DNA of 64,000 nucleotides, taken from Obrimoposthia wandeli (Eukaryota). The stretch spans positions 62,001-126,000 of the forward strand of contig CDROCS010003774.1 of NCBI GenBank assembly GCA_977020255.1. The letters are read 5' to 3'. Of this stretch, positions 1 through 13,129 are shown piece by piece; the first letter of the stretch is position 1; each line of letters begins with the position of its first letter. The notes beneath the pieces are model-generated. The model saw only the letters and a program-made list of their open reading frames with translations, did not search any database and had not been told where the DNA came from. The position numbers and the translations under genes are program-made.

Positions 1-370
1 TCTGGTTGATCCCTAGTTGAAGTGGCTCATTTGTAAGGCAATTTTAGTAAATTGAACTCACTCAATGTTTCACAGCAAGGTCCACGTACACATGTGTTAA
101 TCACCTTTGAGCATCAAAAAGCCGAACGACAAAATTTTATTTGGAAAGTTGCAATAGAAAGAAACGAAATTGTTGAATGGTGAGTTGTCCAGTTTCCTCC
201 GAGAATGTGTGATCGGACAGGTTGTTGAACTGTTGTCACAGATCGGACAACAAAGTGTCTGCAAGGATTTCGAAAGGACTTTCAACGATGGTTGTCGAAA
301 GTTGACACAATAATGGAGGGGCATTATTGGATGCAAAATCAATTTTGTGTCAAATCCTTGAAGATTGCTA
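1..370 (+). mobile_element. Degenerate hAT (Buster/SCAND3-like) transposase fragment, cut by the window edge
   Basis: Manual translation gives VAHL*GNFSKLNSLNVSQQGPRTHV...FIWKVAI...QFP, resembling the hAT LAYLxDIFxKLNxLNxSLQG...W...FP block. In-frame stops are present. Confidence 0.55.
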
Positions 371-2959
371 ATCTGCCTTTCAGATTCAAAATGATTAAAT
401 TCATGTAAAAGCCGATTTTTTCATCTTAGGCACATGAAAATAAATATGGAATAATAGTGCAAGTGAAGAGTGATCTACAATTGAAAATGTCCCACAAAAA
501 ACATGATATTATTAAATCAGATTAAGGCATAGATATAGAGTTGATGTTAGTGTTGAAAAATAAGTTTTGGTTTAAGCGAAAATCATTAATACTGAAACAG
601 AAACTACAAAAATATTTATATTCATAAGTAGATAAGGCTGTGCACCTATTTTATTAAAAATTTCTTAGGTAAGCTTGCATTTATCTTATATATATTTCAT
701 CTAGTTTATATTAATATACTATTCAAATCAATCAAGTTTAAATTACGATATCGGGAGTCATTTAAAAATCACATAACATTCAGGTTTCATAATTTTTTTA
801 AATATTAAAACAACTATACTTTATAATTTATTTTGAATCATTCTTTTTTTGGTCAATAATTTCTATATTTTGAAAATCCTCTTTAAGCTGCATCATTCAC
901 AGGAGGTATCCAGGAAGCATTTTCGTCATTCTGTTTAAATAAAAGATATTCCTATTTTTTTAATTTGTGCACTGATAATGTTAATCCAATCTAATAGTAT
1001 ATTTCCAAAGAATCTTCAATGACGTCCCATAATTAAAAAATATATAAATACAATGTTTCCAAAGTGGTTATAAATGTTGCTAAAAATAAACAAAATTACT
1101 GCAAAAGAAAATGTTTTTCACTAAATAATGATTTTAAACCTACAAAAAATATAAATGAAGTGTAATAATTTCTCTATACAACAACCGAGCTTTATCCAAA
1201 AACAATAATTCTTCGAATACATACAGGTTTTTCACCATTCAAGAAACATTTACTTAAGCAATCATTTACTTTGTGATCATCTCGCAAATACACTTAAATT
1301 TTTTTAAAATAGCTGTCAAAGAAAATATTTTAATGTTAAAACAATCTCTACTTTCAAAATTATTTCGAATGATAAATGATAAATCCCATCGTACATTGAT
1401 ATTGAATATTTAAAAAAAGTATAACCTGAGTTAACTGAGTTTCGATTTTTCTTCTTTTTGAAAACGGAATAATTTTCGTTTAGTCCAGGAATCTATTAGA
1501 TGTAAGTTTATATTTACGTAAATAAAGTTTATTTTAATTTCAGATTTATTTTCAAAATTGCATGATTCTCGGGTTAATATATAAATAATTATATATATCG
1601 TTAACTTGTAAAGTTCTTAAGTAACATAAACAATTAAAAAATAAATGCTCAATGATGTTAGAGACACACTAACGCATATACAAAGTTTAAGAAAAATTCC
1701 TAATCATTATCCTGCAACAACTTATTTAGGAACATTTAACTTTGATTATCTTGTATACTTATAAATATAATTGTGAATAATAAATATAAATTTTAAAATT
1801 ATTAATTTCATGAATATTACAGACAAGGGTAACTTACATACCAAATATTAATCAATGTTTCTAAACCAAAATTTTTGATATAAATATGTCAATTGTAAAT
1901 ATGAAAAATTCTTAATACACATTGAAATTAAATAACTGTTAAGATTAACAAAGTTTTCTTTACAATGGGAATCAATGGGAATTAATTAAATTCAATTTGA
2001 TGGATTCCTAAAATTTAGTTTTATATTAAAAAATCAATTTGCAGCCAAAAATGTTATATTTATTTGTTTAGAATTCACATTATGAAGAGTATTTATTCTA
2101 AATTAAAATTAAATTTTGTAAAGCTACAAGAAAAAAATATTTTAATAAATAGATTCTAAATCATTATTTTTATTTTTATGGTAATAAATGAAATAAATTA
2201 ACAAATTTGACTTTAAACCAATACGATTGCTAGATAATTTCTTCTTTTGAAAAACACACACATGATGTGTACAGATATCAAAGCCAATTGACAAATTAAA
2301 ATCGTATTATTCTAATGATAATTGTTATTTGAATCAATAAAATCGCTTTGTACCTTTAAGCGAAATAATATAATAATTATCAATAATCGTGTTAAAAATT
2401 TTCAAAAATAAATATAAACAATTTTTCTTTCAAAATCGTTATATAAATCCACACAAACCAAAAAGAAAATTTAATAAACATTTTCCCTTTAACGATGTAT
2501 CATATTTCTAGTTTATTACAAAAATGTGTTTTTAAAAAATCAATATGGTCAGGAAACATATTTTCATAAACAAAACAACAATTTGACATATAAATGAAAC
2601 CGTATTTAGTTAAAACATCTCATTATTAGATAATATCTGTTACATTAACATGAAAAACTTTATTGGTATCTAATAAACTCCATTGTTGCAAATGTTTTTT
2701 TTCTGGTTACCATTTAGAAATATTCCAGTTTCATACTAAGTCATTTAACTGACTCTGACTTATTAATAAAGTTTCTTTAGACAACAACATTTCCAAATCT
2801 GTATCAGTAACATAATTTATCCGAATAGTTTATTCATTATCTTCCTCCGATATAGAAATTTTACAAATTACAGTGAAAATTCAATTAAATAAGTTTAAAA
2901 CTATTAAGAATGGCTTTTTCACATAATAAATCCTAGTTTTAAAAAATTGTACGTCATGT

Positions 2960-3050
2960 CTAGGATGCAAAACTATTCCTCAAAAACCTAATTTCATTCT
3001 TTACCGATGGTTTACAGCTTTGCTCAAGTCTAAATAAAATCACTTTTTTA
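2960..3050 (-). mobile_element. Possible non-LTR (LINE) reverse transcriptase remnant
   Basis: Minus strand reads FYLDLSKAVNH, similar to the LINE RT motif FLDLSKAFDxVxH. The surrounding sequence is heavily decayed. Confidence 0.3.
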
Positions 3051-5818
3051 AACTATTTGTTTGTTAAATCTCTTATTTTTCGTTCACCTAGTAAAATAAT
3101 AAAAATAGTTCAATTTCTATAATGAGCAATTGAATAATTGAAGACCTGAATTACTAAGAAAGTTTAAATTTTTCTATTGTTAATTTTTTAATTATATATT
3201 TATATATATTCATATTTCTTAAATATTGAGATGAAAGTAGATTTAAAAATACTTGTGTGACGGAATTGTTATATCTGTATACTTATAACAAAAATCATTG
3301 ATTAAAAATCCGAAAAGAAAATAAGCATTTTAGACTAATAAATATTAAATGAGCAATATTTCTGAATTAATAAATTTCGATATCAGAAAAGAAACATCCA
3401 TAAAATCTGACATAAAGACAAATTCAATTTTAATATCAAATTTCTACAATCAAGTCTAGATTACAAAGCTTAAACTTAAAATTCAAAATCTTTTTTAGAA
3501 AGTATTAACTGTCTCATATAGACAAAATTAATGCAAAACATATATAGATTAATTCAAAATAATCAGTTGACGTAAATTTATATTCTATCAAAATATATTC
3601 AATTCAGAAATTTAGTTAATTATAAAATATTTTTAATGTTTTTATTTGCAATTAAAGCATATTTATAACTGAATTTGTATATAAACAATGAAATAAAACA
3701 AGGGGATTATAAATGATATTGTATACTGATAAAATAAAAAACAACATAGCCGAAACCTTGTTCAAATTTCCACTATATTATTACTTAATTTTAATTTAGG
3801 TATTTTATAGATTAAATTTATATGATAAATACTTTTTCCTAATTGCATTTTAACTATTATTAGATAGTTTAAATGAGAAGGTATTTGAATGATCGTTAAG
3901 AAGGTATCTTCAGTGGAACATGTCATATAGTTTTTGTTGACTCGTTTCAAATATGCCGAATTTAGCTCATGTATTGTCGAGATTATTCGGTATAAGAGAA
4001 TAATGCTCTGAAACGTTGTGGCTTGAATATAGCAGAAATCATTTGGACTCAATTCTGTAAAAAGGAAAGAAAAAATTAATAAGACAGTCTTCATATTCAA
4101 TTGTTATAAGAGAAAAATAATTGAATTTTATGGCGATATTGTTCCATGAATTATCGAGAAAGCGTGCAAAAGGGAAAATTATACAAAAAATATATGAACT
4201 TGTATTAGTTAATAAAATTATGCAAATTACAAAATAATTTAATTTTAAGAATTTCTCAAAAATACAAGACATACTGATTATTTTTGAGTGTCTATATGTT
4301 ACCCAACATTTGGGAAATTCTGCAACTCATCGAAGTTGTCAATATTATGATGTAAATAAATTCGACAGTTTGAAGAAGCTTCATACTCATTACTAATTTT
4401 TTCCTTGTGAAGAAAGACGTATATGTACTGTCCATACACAAATTAATGAAGAAGTAACTTTCCCTGAAGTTTATTTTATTAGAATCAAACATTTTGACAA
4501 AACTTATAACAGGATAATTTTAAGAGCAAAAAATGCAAACTCAGAAGTTTTCAGAAACGATATAAACGAAAAAGATGAGGAATAAACGAGAAGATCTCCA
4601 GAGAGTAAACATCCACCTCATTTTTATTGTATATGATCTACAGATCAGACAGAATTGTATTTCAAATGTTTGTTTTACTTTTTGTTTTTGTGCGAAATAT
4701 AGAATCTATGTAAAAAGAACTATTGACAAAACTACTAACTTTAGTTTTTCAGGAAAAGTGTAACTTTTAAATCACAGCTTTATAACTTTAATTATTACAA
4801 ATATAAAAATTACAAAAAATCAAAAATAATATTAAAAAAACATTTAAACTTGCTTAGAGTTATAAGTAGGCAATCAACACTTAAATAATTAAAGTGATGT
4901 TATTTTTCAAATTAAACTTTTACCGATTATAAAATTACTATGAAAAATTGTTTTATTTTATGAACAATTTAATTGAAATAATAATTTAAAAGTATTAATG
5001 AACAAATTAACATTGTTGTTATCAATAATATTGGAAAAATTAATAACTTTATTATAATGTTTTGGTATTTACAGGTTCTAAATTTATGTCAATGTCAGGT
5101 GACTGGGATCTCGAGTTTTTAACTAATGTTTACCAAAGTAAAATGTAAATTAAGAATATTTTTAAACTGATTTTCAATATAATAACTTAAAATGCTCGTG
5201 TTATCTGATAATTGTGAGATAATAAAATAAATTTTTGAAGCCACCACAATTTAAAAGTGACAAAATATATAAAATTAAAAGGAAGTAGTCGTGAATGTGA
5301 CTCACTAACCTATTTTGGTTGTATTATACTAATCCTTTTTTCCTCAAAGTATAATTTTTTTATATCTTTAGGCAACATTAGTAACAATTAAATCGATCAT
5401 GAACTGTTTAGTGATTATAATCCTGCTTCTTGACACTGATGTTCACGAAAAAATTATATGAAATATAAAACTGTTATGGTGTGTGGCTAATGAAGTTTAT
5501 ATAATTGACAGTAATCAATAAAATGTAATAATGCATATCATTACTAAATGATATTTTACTCTCACCATATAATAATATCTAGAAACATGACATGCTAACA
5601 GAAACGAACATTAATAAACATATTATGTTACACATCTAACAGAGTTGAGGATATAAAAAAGTGTTCCCTTCTAAATTATATATACATACTTCTACAAATA
5701 GTTTGTGAACATATTATTAATTTAGTTTAGTACAGTTTTGTGACATCGTTTTAATATTTCACACGTAACGCTACATCACACTTATCACCACAGATATTAG
5801 TTCTTTTTTACAATCTAG

Positions 5819-6325
5819 TGTTGGGTTTCTATTTGAAACTCTTATTCAAGTAGATCCTCGTATGGAGGCCCCCAGCGTGAAATCTGTAGCGATAAGGCTT
5901 ACAGATGGATGTGGCCTATTTATGTTTGTCTTATTTAACTTTAGTCTCAAATCTGAAGGTTTTTTCACTATTGTATTGTGATGTGTATAAAGAGTTGTGT
6001 TCACAAAATAACTAGTAGGGTCCAAAACTTATGTGGTGTTATGTAAACTTAAGGATTAGACGTTTAGATTCAGGGAAAGGTCTGGTTATCAACCTAGACT
6101 GAATATATGGAAAATAGCCGGAGCCAAGCGACGACAACGATACTCCTCCGGTAATATTGGGACACAACAATCCTAAAATTTCTGTCTGGCTTAGAGTACC
6201 GTGACGTGGCTGTCCCTCAGCTGGCCTATAGCTTAGTAGGCTCGACAATATTGCGACGTTAATAACGTGAAACAAGCTTTGTTAGTCTGTTCTAATTACT
6301 AAACTTTATTTCCTAATACACAACA
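5819..6325. mobile_element. LTR-like segment
   Basis: GC-richer 507-bp block bounded by TGTTG...CAACA, next to a minisatellite and a gag-like remnant. No TSD, PBS, PPT or second copy found. Confidence 0.3.
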
Positions 6326-6591
6326 CGTAAGGGTTCTAAAATACGATGATACAATTTCACAATTTCGCAGAGAAGGGTGATACTCTAAGTCTTTTTCTAG
6401 TTATTTACTCCGTTATTTATTCAGTATTTTAATACTCGTATGCTCTCTCTAATTAAACATGTCGTACAACTCTTACTATTAAGTATAAACTTGTCTTATA
6501 CTTTACTGGATATACAGATGATCGAATACGTATAATTACTATGATACTGCCTAGGAGATTGCAAACGACACAGGCAACATATGACCACTAT

Positions 6592-6780
6592 AATTCGTAC
6601 TGAAATTATATATGTCAAACTATTCAAATTTGTACTGAGAATTAACGATTACGACAATTTGAAATTACTTAAATTCGTACTGAGGATTTATGATAATGAC
6701 AAATATATAGAAATTCGTATTTAGAATTAACGATAATGACAATGTAAACTATTAAAATTAGTACTGGGAATTGAGACTTG
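6592..6780. repeat. Degenerate minisatellite, ~5 units of ~35-45 bp
   Basis: Recurrent core aaattcgtactgagaattaacgataatgacaa near 6592, 6627, 6671, 6712 and 6755. Confidence 0.7.
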
Positions 6781-7400
6781 TTGTTCCTCACCAATTTGCA
6801 TTTCTTTTCGTCTCTCGTAATCGATTCGTTTTACTTCTCGTTATCAGTCACTGAATAATCCAAATTATTGATCCGGTGTCGGCGTTCCTTTTCTTTTCTT
6901 GCTAGCGGCGTCGGTTTCGAAACGTCCTTTCCGCTCCGCACTGTGGGTTTCCTCGCTCAATCTGTTTGTTCCTTTGCACTGCGATTCCTCGTTCTGCCGT
7001 TTTATGTTTTAGTTAATGCGTTTTTAAATAATATTTACCGATGATTGGCTTTGCTTAGGAGTTCGCTGATTCAATATCTCTATTTACTTTGTTTCCAAAA
7101 TTCTGTATCTTGGGATATCTGATTTCCTTTTTTTGTGCGCACTTATTCTTAAATTCCTTCTTTTATATGTTTTCAATCAAAGCTCTTAAGAAACTCTTAT
7201 CAATCTCTCGTCTATGGGAAGTCCGTCAGCTGATTTTTTTGACTGCGTCTAAGTGCAGTAATTGATTCTGTGAGTGCAGTAAATTAATTTTGTCTCAAAT
7301 GATTTACTTGCTGTTAATTCCTACTTGGGCCGGAGTGGGACTTTTTTGATTTATGCTTCGGAATAATTTGTTCGATTCAATCGAACCTACACTTGATATT
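6780..7400 (-). mobile_element. Possible decayed retrotransposon gag-like sequence
   Basis: GC-richer; the minus strand gives charged R/K/E-rich reading with stops and a knuckle-like GNPQCGAERTFRN stretch. No decisive motif. Confidence 0.25.
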
Positions 7401-8638
7401 TTGATTATTTCTAATTAAATTACGGCCCTTTTTTGTACATTGTTTGTTCTTATATATACATATTTTATGACATTTTCAAGGTCCTAATTTATTTTATACA
7501 TTTCATTTTATTTTTCAAAATCTTATTTATTTTAATTTTTTATCTTAATTTCGTTCCGACCTTGATTTTAAGGTTAAAATTCATATATAAAATTTTCTAA
7601 TTTAACATTAGCATACATAATTAAAGTCAATTAAAGTTAGTAAAGTCTGTTTTCCAGTGATTTCTGGTACATTGGCTGCTGAACCTACAAGAGATTATCA
7701 AGTTAGAATTAAAAAATGTAGGGAATGATCTTTAAAGTATTTATTTGACTCAATGATCCCATCAACATGATTAAAGTGTGTAATATGTAGAAAAATGTAG
7801 ATATCTGATTTGATCATATTTTCTAATTAAACGTACGTATATAACAATAGTTCTGAAATGTAAGCAAAATAATTATGTAGCAGAATATTACATTTTTTCT
7901 AGATAAATCGCAGCCTTTAAAAAGAAAGGGAAAAAACAATTATAAAATGATATTTTATAAACGTTTATTCTTTAGAGAAAGTAAAGCCTCGGTCAAACAA
8001 TGTACAGTTAAGATCCATAGGATGGAAGCTCCAGTCTTGAGTTCAACAGTGATGTGTAGCTATGTACTAGATAATACAACCCTCAAATCATGTATCATAA
8101 ATAGTCTATTTCGGTATAGATTTTAAAACACGCCTTACAATTTGCAATATGGTAACAATTACTTTATTTTTCTCGTATTTTACCTTTATGTTGTTGTAAA
8201 ATTTCATATTTTATACAAGTTAAGATATAGTTAAGATTGGTAGATAATTTTACTTTGTCAATAATTTATTTAGCATTTGTTTCATTATTGACGTATTAGG
8301 ATATAAACGAAGATATGTTTAATATATAATAGAAAACGAGAGGTCAAAGAACGTTGATAAAAAGAACTAGTTTCTGGGCATGAAAGAACATTCTTAAAAT
8401 ATGTATTTCCAAAACATGGTTATTTCAAAATATAAGTTAATCTACAATATAAACCTACCAGTAGACAATACATTCAAAATTTATAGACAATGGGTTATTA
8501 TTAGAAAGTTGGATTTTAATTTAGCAATTACGGTAATTACTCATATTTTATATTTATATATATATATATATACATATTTCAAGTATTATAATCCTTCAGT
8601 TTGACTTCTGTTAACATTGGACTGCTTTCACCACACAG

Positions 8639-8778
8639 CATAACAAGCTTTTCTACGAGGCATCCTTGTTGGTGAAGTTGGATCGTAGACTACGACAACC
8701 TTCTCGTGACCTAGTTATTCCGGTGACTTGCATCGGTAACAGCTTCACAAGGTCACCCAAAAACAACAACTCGAACAA
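8639..8778 (+). CDS. ZP-domain protein, exon A (C-terminal ZP-N and start of linker)
   Basis: Acceptor ctttcaccacacAG, donor GTgagt; 140 bp, phase 0 to 2. Encodes HNKLFYEASLLVKLDRRLRQPSRDLVIPVTCIGNSFTRSPKNNNSN(K), with a ZP-N-like Tyr and terminal IPVTC. Phase matches exon B. Confidence 0.8.
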
Positions 8779-9059
8779 GTGAGTTATTCCCCCGTTAAAA
8801 CCTAATTTTATAATTTAATTAAAAAGTTGATAACAATAATATATTTAACACATGGAATTTCAAATAACAGTAACAACTTCAATTTTTTATACAATTCACA
8901 AAATACAGATTTTAAGCATGCAGAGAAAATATATTTAAATGTATACAAACTTAATTTTGTAAATTAGTAATAACTCCGGTTGTAGCAGTTATTTTGAATC
9001 ATAATGCACGTTATTATCGCGTTGTTTAATATTACTTTATATTACGATAATAATTTAAA

Positions 9060-9600
9060 CGTATATCCTGTTTCTTCAACAAGCCCATATACATACGATT
9101 TACTCTCTGATTTTGTTGAACAATAGCTCGAAATGAAATGATATTTTGTTGTAATAATTTCACGTTATTACAACTTTGAACCACATAATAATGTTGTTAG
9201 TATTATCTTCTGTTCATAAACATAATCATTCTTCTCAGCGAAAATCTCTCTTTTTCTTAGGATTGATCTAATTATGTTACTTGAATGTAATTATCACTAA
9301 TGAAATGTTTAATAACATAACATACAATTAATATAGCGCCAATTTACATTTTGATTTGTCTTCTGAATTCTTCACCATTATTATCCTTTCTGTTTGCAAA
9401 GCATGTATTCACACACCCGAAAAACACTGTCTTCTTTCTTTGATTTAGATTTTTGATTTTGCACATTTCTTCTTTTGCCCTTTCTTCTCAACTTAATTGA
9501 AATTGGTATTTCAATATCTAGAGGTTCATATAAAATTAAGGTGATACTGAAACTAAACATTTTTGAATCAATAAAACACTCTATTGAAGGATTTTTGACA
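9060..9600 (-). mobile_element. Possible degenerate Gypsy-type integrase remnant
   Basis: Minus-strand fragments FFGCVNTCFANRKDNNGEEF (like FGxPxxIxSDNGxEF) and FHFELLFNK (like SPFELLFG), in different frames. Confidence 0.3.
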
Positions 9601-10272
9601 GCCAACTGTATAATTCTTATTCACTCTTTTTTAGATAATTTGTAAAAATCATAGTTACTAGTAATCTGTTGATATGCAATTGTGACAGACAGTACAATAA
9701 TGAGCTTTGGGCGTCTTTTCTAGAAGTGACAAAATCACTCATAACTTTGAGGGGATTTCTTAAGATAATTGTTTGCTTATTTTACTTAACTTTCTTATTT
9801 TCTATTCATGAATAAAAAATAGTCATGCAATATTTTTAATTTTCTTCTTTCTAAATTCGTGCTAGATAACTCATGTGTATCTTTTCTACAAGATATTTGA
9901 AGATCCAATAAAAATACAGAATACATTAGATAATATTTTAAACGTTTTCTAGTTAAAATAACAGTTTTACTTTTACATTCGTTTTGAATCGCGACTTTTT
10001 ACTTGAAACATATTAAGTCTAAATAATACACAAAGGATTAAATAAGTAAATTACATAAATAACAAACACTAGTACCTGAACAGAAAGCACTAATAGATTT
10101 AATTGCACTTAAGGATACAATAAAAATAAAAATATATTCACTTCCAAAAATGAATGAAAATGTCACAAAAAAGTTTATTGAAATTTAGGTTACCCTACAT
10201 AAAGGTAAAACATTAAAAAGGTATGTCAAATTAAAATGAAAAATTAATTAGCTGTTACTATTTTTTTTCTCC

Positions 10273-10317
10273 TTGTGCCATTTTTTTACTTTTGCCATTT
10301 TTACTTGTGCCATTTTT
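10273..10317. repeat. Short tandem repeat (tgccattttt x3)
   Basis: ttgtgccatttttttact-tttgccatttttac-ttgtgccattttt. Confidence 0.6.
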
Positions 10318-11848
10318 AATGTTCCCCATTTAAGAAACATGTGCTTGTTTTTTAATTATTATTTAAAATCACAGAAAATAAGTTTGCAACTTAAAATTTC
10401 ATTGATATTGCTAAGTAAAAGCTTTAAAACACGTACTCTTTGATTACATTATGAAATTATTAAAAAAATAATGTTACAACATAGTTAAATGGAGGGAAGC
10501 TATTGTATTCATGATCAAACATTAATTGCATACTGAATGCTTGCTTTTGTAACTCTAAGCATATACAATGAAAATGTTTTAAATTACAAATAATAATGTT
10601 AAAAATAAGAAATCTAATTTATATTCAATTATGTATTTATTATGAAAAATATGTTTTTATTATTTTAATTTATATATTAACCCATATACGTATTGGAGCA
10701 ATTTTGTCTTTTGCAAAAGATGTCAAACCAATATTTTTGCAAGTTTTGAAATTTCTTAGTGAGTGCACAGCTGGTCAATTGGCTTCTTTGTCTTCATTTT
10801 AAGCTATATCTCAACCAAATCGGTGCAGTGAATCGAATGAATATGGCGCGTTGGATATAATTTAATATGAATATACAATTTTGTCACATTTTGATATCCA
10901 GATTATACTGTATGGTGTTTATAATTTATGTTTCTTCTTTTTCCCGTTTAGTTTGCATTATAAAATAAAGTTCGATTTAGAAATGTGAAAGAAATATGTT
11001 TTAAAGTTTCAATTTTCTTTCATTAAACATATTTATGGATTTATTTTATATTGGCAAGTGAAACTTAATTTTCTATGAAAGACTTTTATGAGGAAGTTGC
11101 AAATGCTGTCAATGTACTGGAGCACAGTTCAACGTGCCTAGCTCATTGTGTTTTGAGCGGATTTTCCGTTACCCCACGCTATTTTCAGAGTTGCTAGGTC
11201 ACACAACGACTGTTCCCACTTTATCCCCATTGTGTCACGCTAGGTGGTGTGGCTTTCGCTGCAGATGATAGCATGAAATTACGAAATTATCACTTTTTAC
11301 CATCTTTACATACATAAACCGATTGTATTTTTATACCTGTTTTCATTCCAATACTCCTCACAGCGAAGCCTCACACCAAAAGACAAATAAAATAATAATA
11401 TAGTAAAAAAATTTCATCTATCTACTAAATAATTAGTACAGTTTATTTTCAATGTGACTGCCATATTCTGCATATACGTATTCATTTCAAAAGAGCTTGT
11501 TATAAATTGTATTTCATTGATTTTCTTTTCTTTTGAATTTTTTAATAAAATTTTAATACGAATGTCTTGTGGTTCATTTTTGGTATTCAGAACGGGCGAT
11601 GTGGAATGAACTTTTAGATCAATATTTTTAACCTCAGTATGAAACTAACTTTTTACTAACTTTTTTAATGATTATTATGCTCACCGGTGTCGCAATGGCC
11701 TCCACCGCTGCTTGCAAATATATAGTAACTTGGATCTAATCTCAACGCAAGTACACTATTTATTCCGACGATATTTTTAAAAAGCGCAAACCTATTGAAC
11801 AACACAATATTTCACAAACAAATTATATAATATTTTCATGTGTACGTA

Positions 11849-12075
11849 AGTAGGAGGATGTGTCCGGTCTAATCCACACCCCCTGGGGGGGCTACCACTG
11901 TCCTTTAAAACCGTGCATATGCGTGGAGTGAAATTTCGTGCATGTGTGTGGAGTGAAATTTCGTATATGTGTGTGGAGTGAAATTTCGTGTTTGTGTGTA
12001 GGGAAAAAAATTTAAAAATTAAAAAAACCAACGAATAGGAAGGGGTGTGGATTAGACCGGACACATCCACCTACT
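11849..12075. mobile_element. 227-bp MITE with 34-bp TIRs (AGT...ACT) and flanking TACGTA repeat; Polinton/Maverick-like termini
   Basis: Left agtaggaggatgtgtccggtctaatccacacccc versus reverse complement of right end: 33/34 identical. TACGTA at 11843-11848 and 12076-12081. Internal 25-bp tandem x3 (11916-11990). Confidence 0.8.
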
Positions 12076-12189
12076 TACGTATTTTACCGTTTACAATTCC
12101 GAAACTGAATTAAATCAAAATTCGGGTTTGGTTGCAGCTTAATATCGGATCAACACGAATAATTTGATTATATATTAAATTACAAGTTA

Positions 12190-12308
12190 TGTTTTCCATC
12201 GTAGACATAATTCAAAAGAGTCAGATTCTACAAACAAAAGATTTATTCATGTATACAGGGATTTTTTGAATATATATTCTCGGTATGATATTTAGGGATT
12301 CTTTTACA
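12190..12308 (-). repeat. 3' LTR of the Gypsy element (119 bp, TG...CA)
   Basis: Direct-repeat homology with 16788-16912 (shared atcgtagacataattcaaaagagtcagattcta and catgtatacagg). Adjacent to a polypurine tract. Confidence 0.75.
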
Positions 12309-12311
12309 TAG

Positions 12312-12324
12312 CTCTCCCTTTCCT
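12312..12324 (-). promoter_or_regulatory. Polypurine tract (AGGAAAGGGAGAG)
   Basis: 13 purines on the minus strand ending 3 nt before the 3' LTR TG. Confidence 0.7.
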
Positions 12325-12409
12325 ATTCAAACAAACACTTGTTCAGCAATTCGATTCTCCAGGAAACAGAATTAATGCCTGTCGCGGACTTAAAAATTAT
12401 ATTATTCTA

Positions 12410-13110
12410 AAGGGTGTATACTTGAAATCAGTATACGGGGTTAAAAAGCTGACAGTTTGATAGATCATCTTGAAATTTGAGACACGTTAAAAATGATAAA
12501 TATTTAAAAAATCATTTGTTTTAACCAATCATTTTAATCAACTTATCGATTTATAGCGTAAAATGGAGAATTTAAATGAACAACAACGAAGATATGTAAA
12601 AATACAATACTATCTATCTCATCCTGATGAATCATTCAATAAATTTGCTGTCTACGTCAAAGATCTCGGGATTGCAAGACAAACTGTCTATGATGTCCTT
12701 AACCGCTTCAAAGAATGAGATTTATTTGAGAGAGCACAAGGATCGGGCAAAGTAGGGGAGAAGATGAATGATAAAAAAGTCAAGAAAATGTTGAAAGAGA
12801 TACAGTCAAGCTATTCTTCAATGTGTGAAGTAGCATCAAAGTATAAAATTCATGATACTTATGTGGCAAATATCTGCAAAGAACATATGCAAAGAACATA
12901 TATGTTTTCAAGAAAGAAAATCATCCTTATACCACTGAAAAATGGAGAGAATTGCAATAAGGAAGAACCTCTAAACATTTTACGCAGCTAAGAAAAGACA
13001 AATTTCCCTCCATTATTATGAATGAAGAGTCGTATTTTACACTCAGACATGATAAACTACCTGGTAAACTACCTATATACTATGCTACTGCTTGTGGTGA
13101 TGGTTCTGAC
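12410..13110 (+). mobile_element. 3'-truncated Tc1/mariner element inserted in the Gypsy element
   Basis: TA|aagggtg terminus. From ATG 12563: MENLNEQQRRYVKIQYY...LGIARQTVYDVLNRFKE*...GSGK (HTH); after a frameshift, IIMNEESYFTL (first catalytic-D region). Confidence 0.75.
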
Positions 13111-13129
13111 AATATTTTCATTGTTTGTT

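Noticed and set aside
3762-4763. Cluster of tracked I/N/K/F-rich ORFs
   Set aside because: Typical low-complexity ORFs of AT-rich DNA. May hide an old TE, but no supportable motif.
7660-7690. tggctgctgaacc as a primer-binding site after an LTR end
   Set aside because: Not complementary to a tRNA 3' end I recognise, and no matching LTR.
7975-8130. Open + frame ESKASVKQCTVKIHRMEAPVLSSTVMCSYVLDNTTLKSC as an upstream ZP-N exon
   Set aside because: No convincing phase-0 donor to join exon A, and no clear ZP-N pattern.
8600-8638. Alternative upstream acceptor (ccttcAG) for exon A
   Set aside because: It introduces an in-frame TAA, and the other frames also stop. The acceptor at 8638 fits.
11916-11990. 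25-bp tandem units as a CRISPR-like array
   Set aside because: There are no unique spacers; it is a simple tandem repeat inside a MITE in a eukaryotic context.
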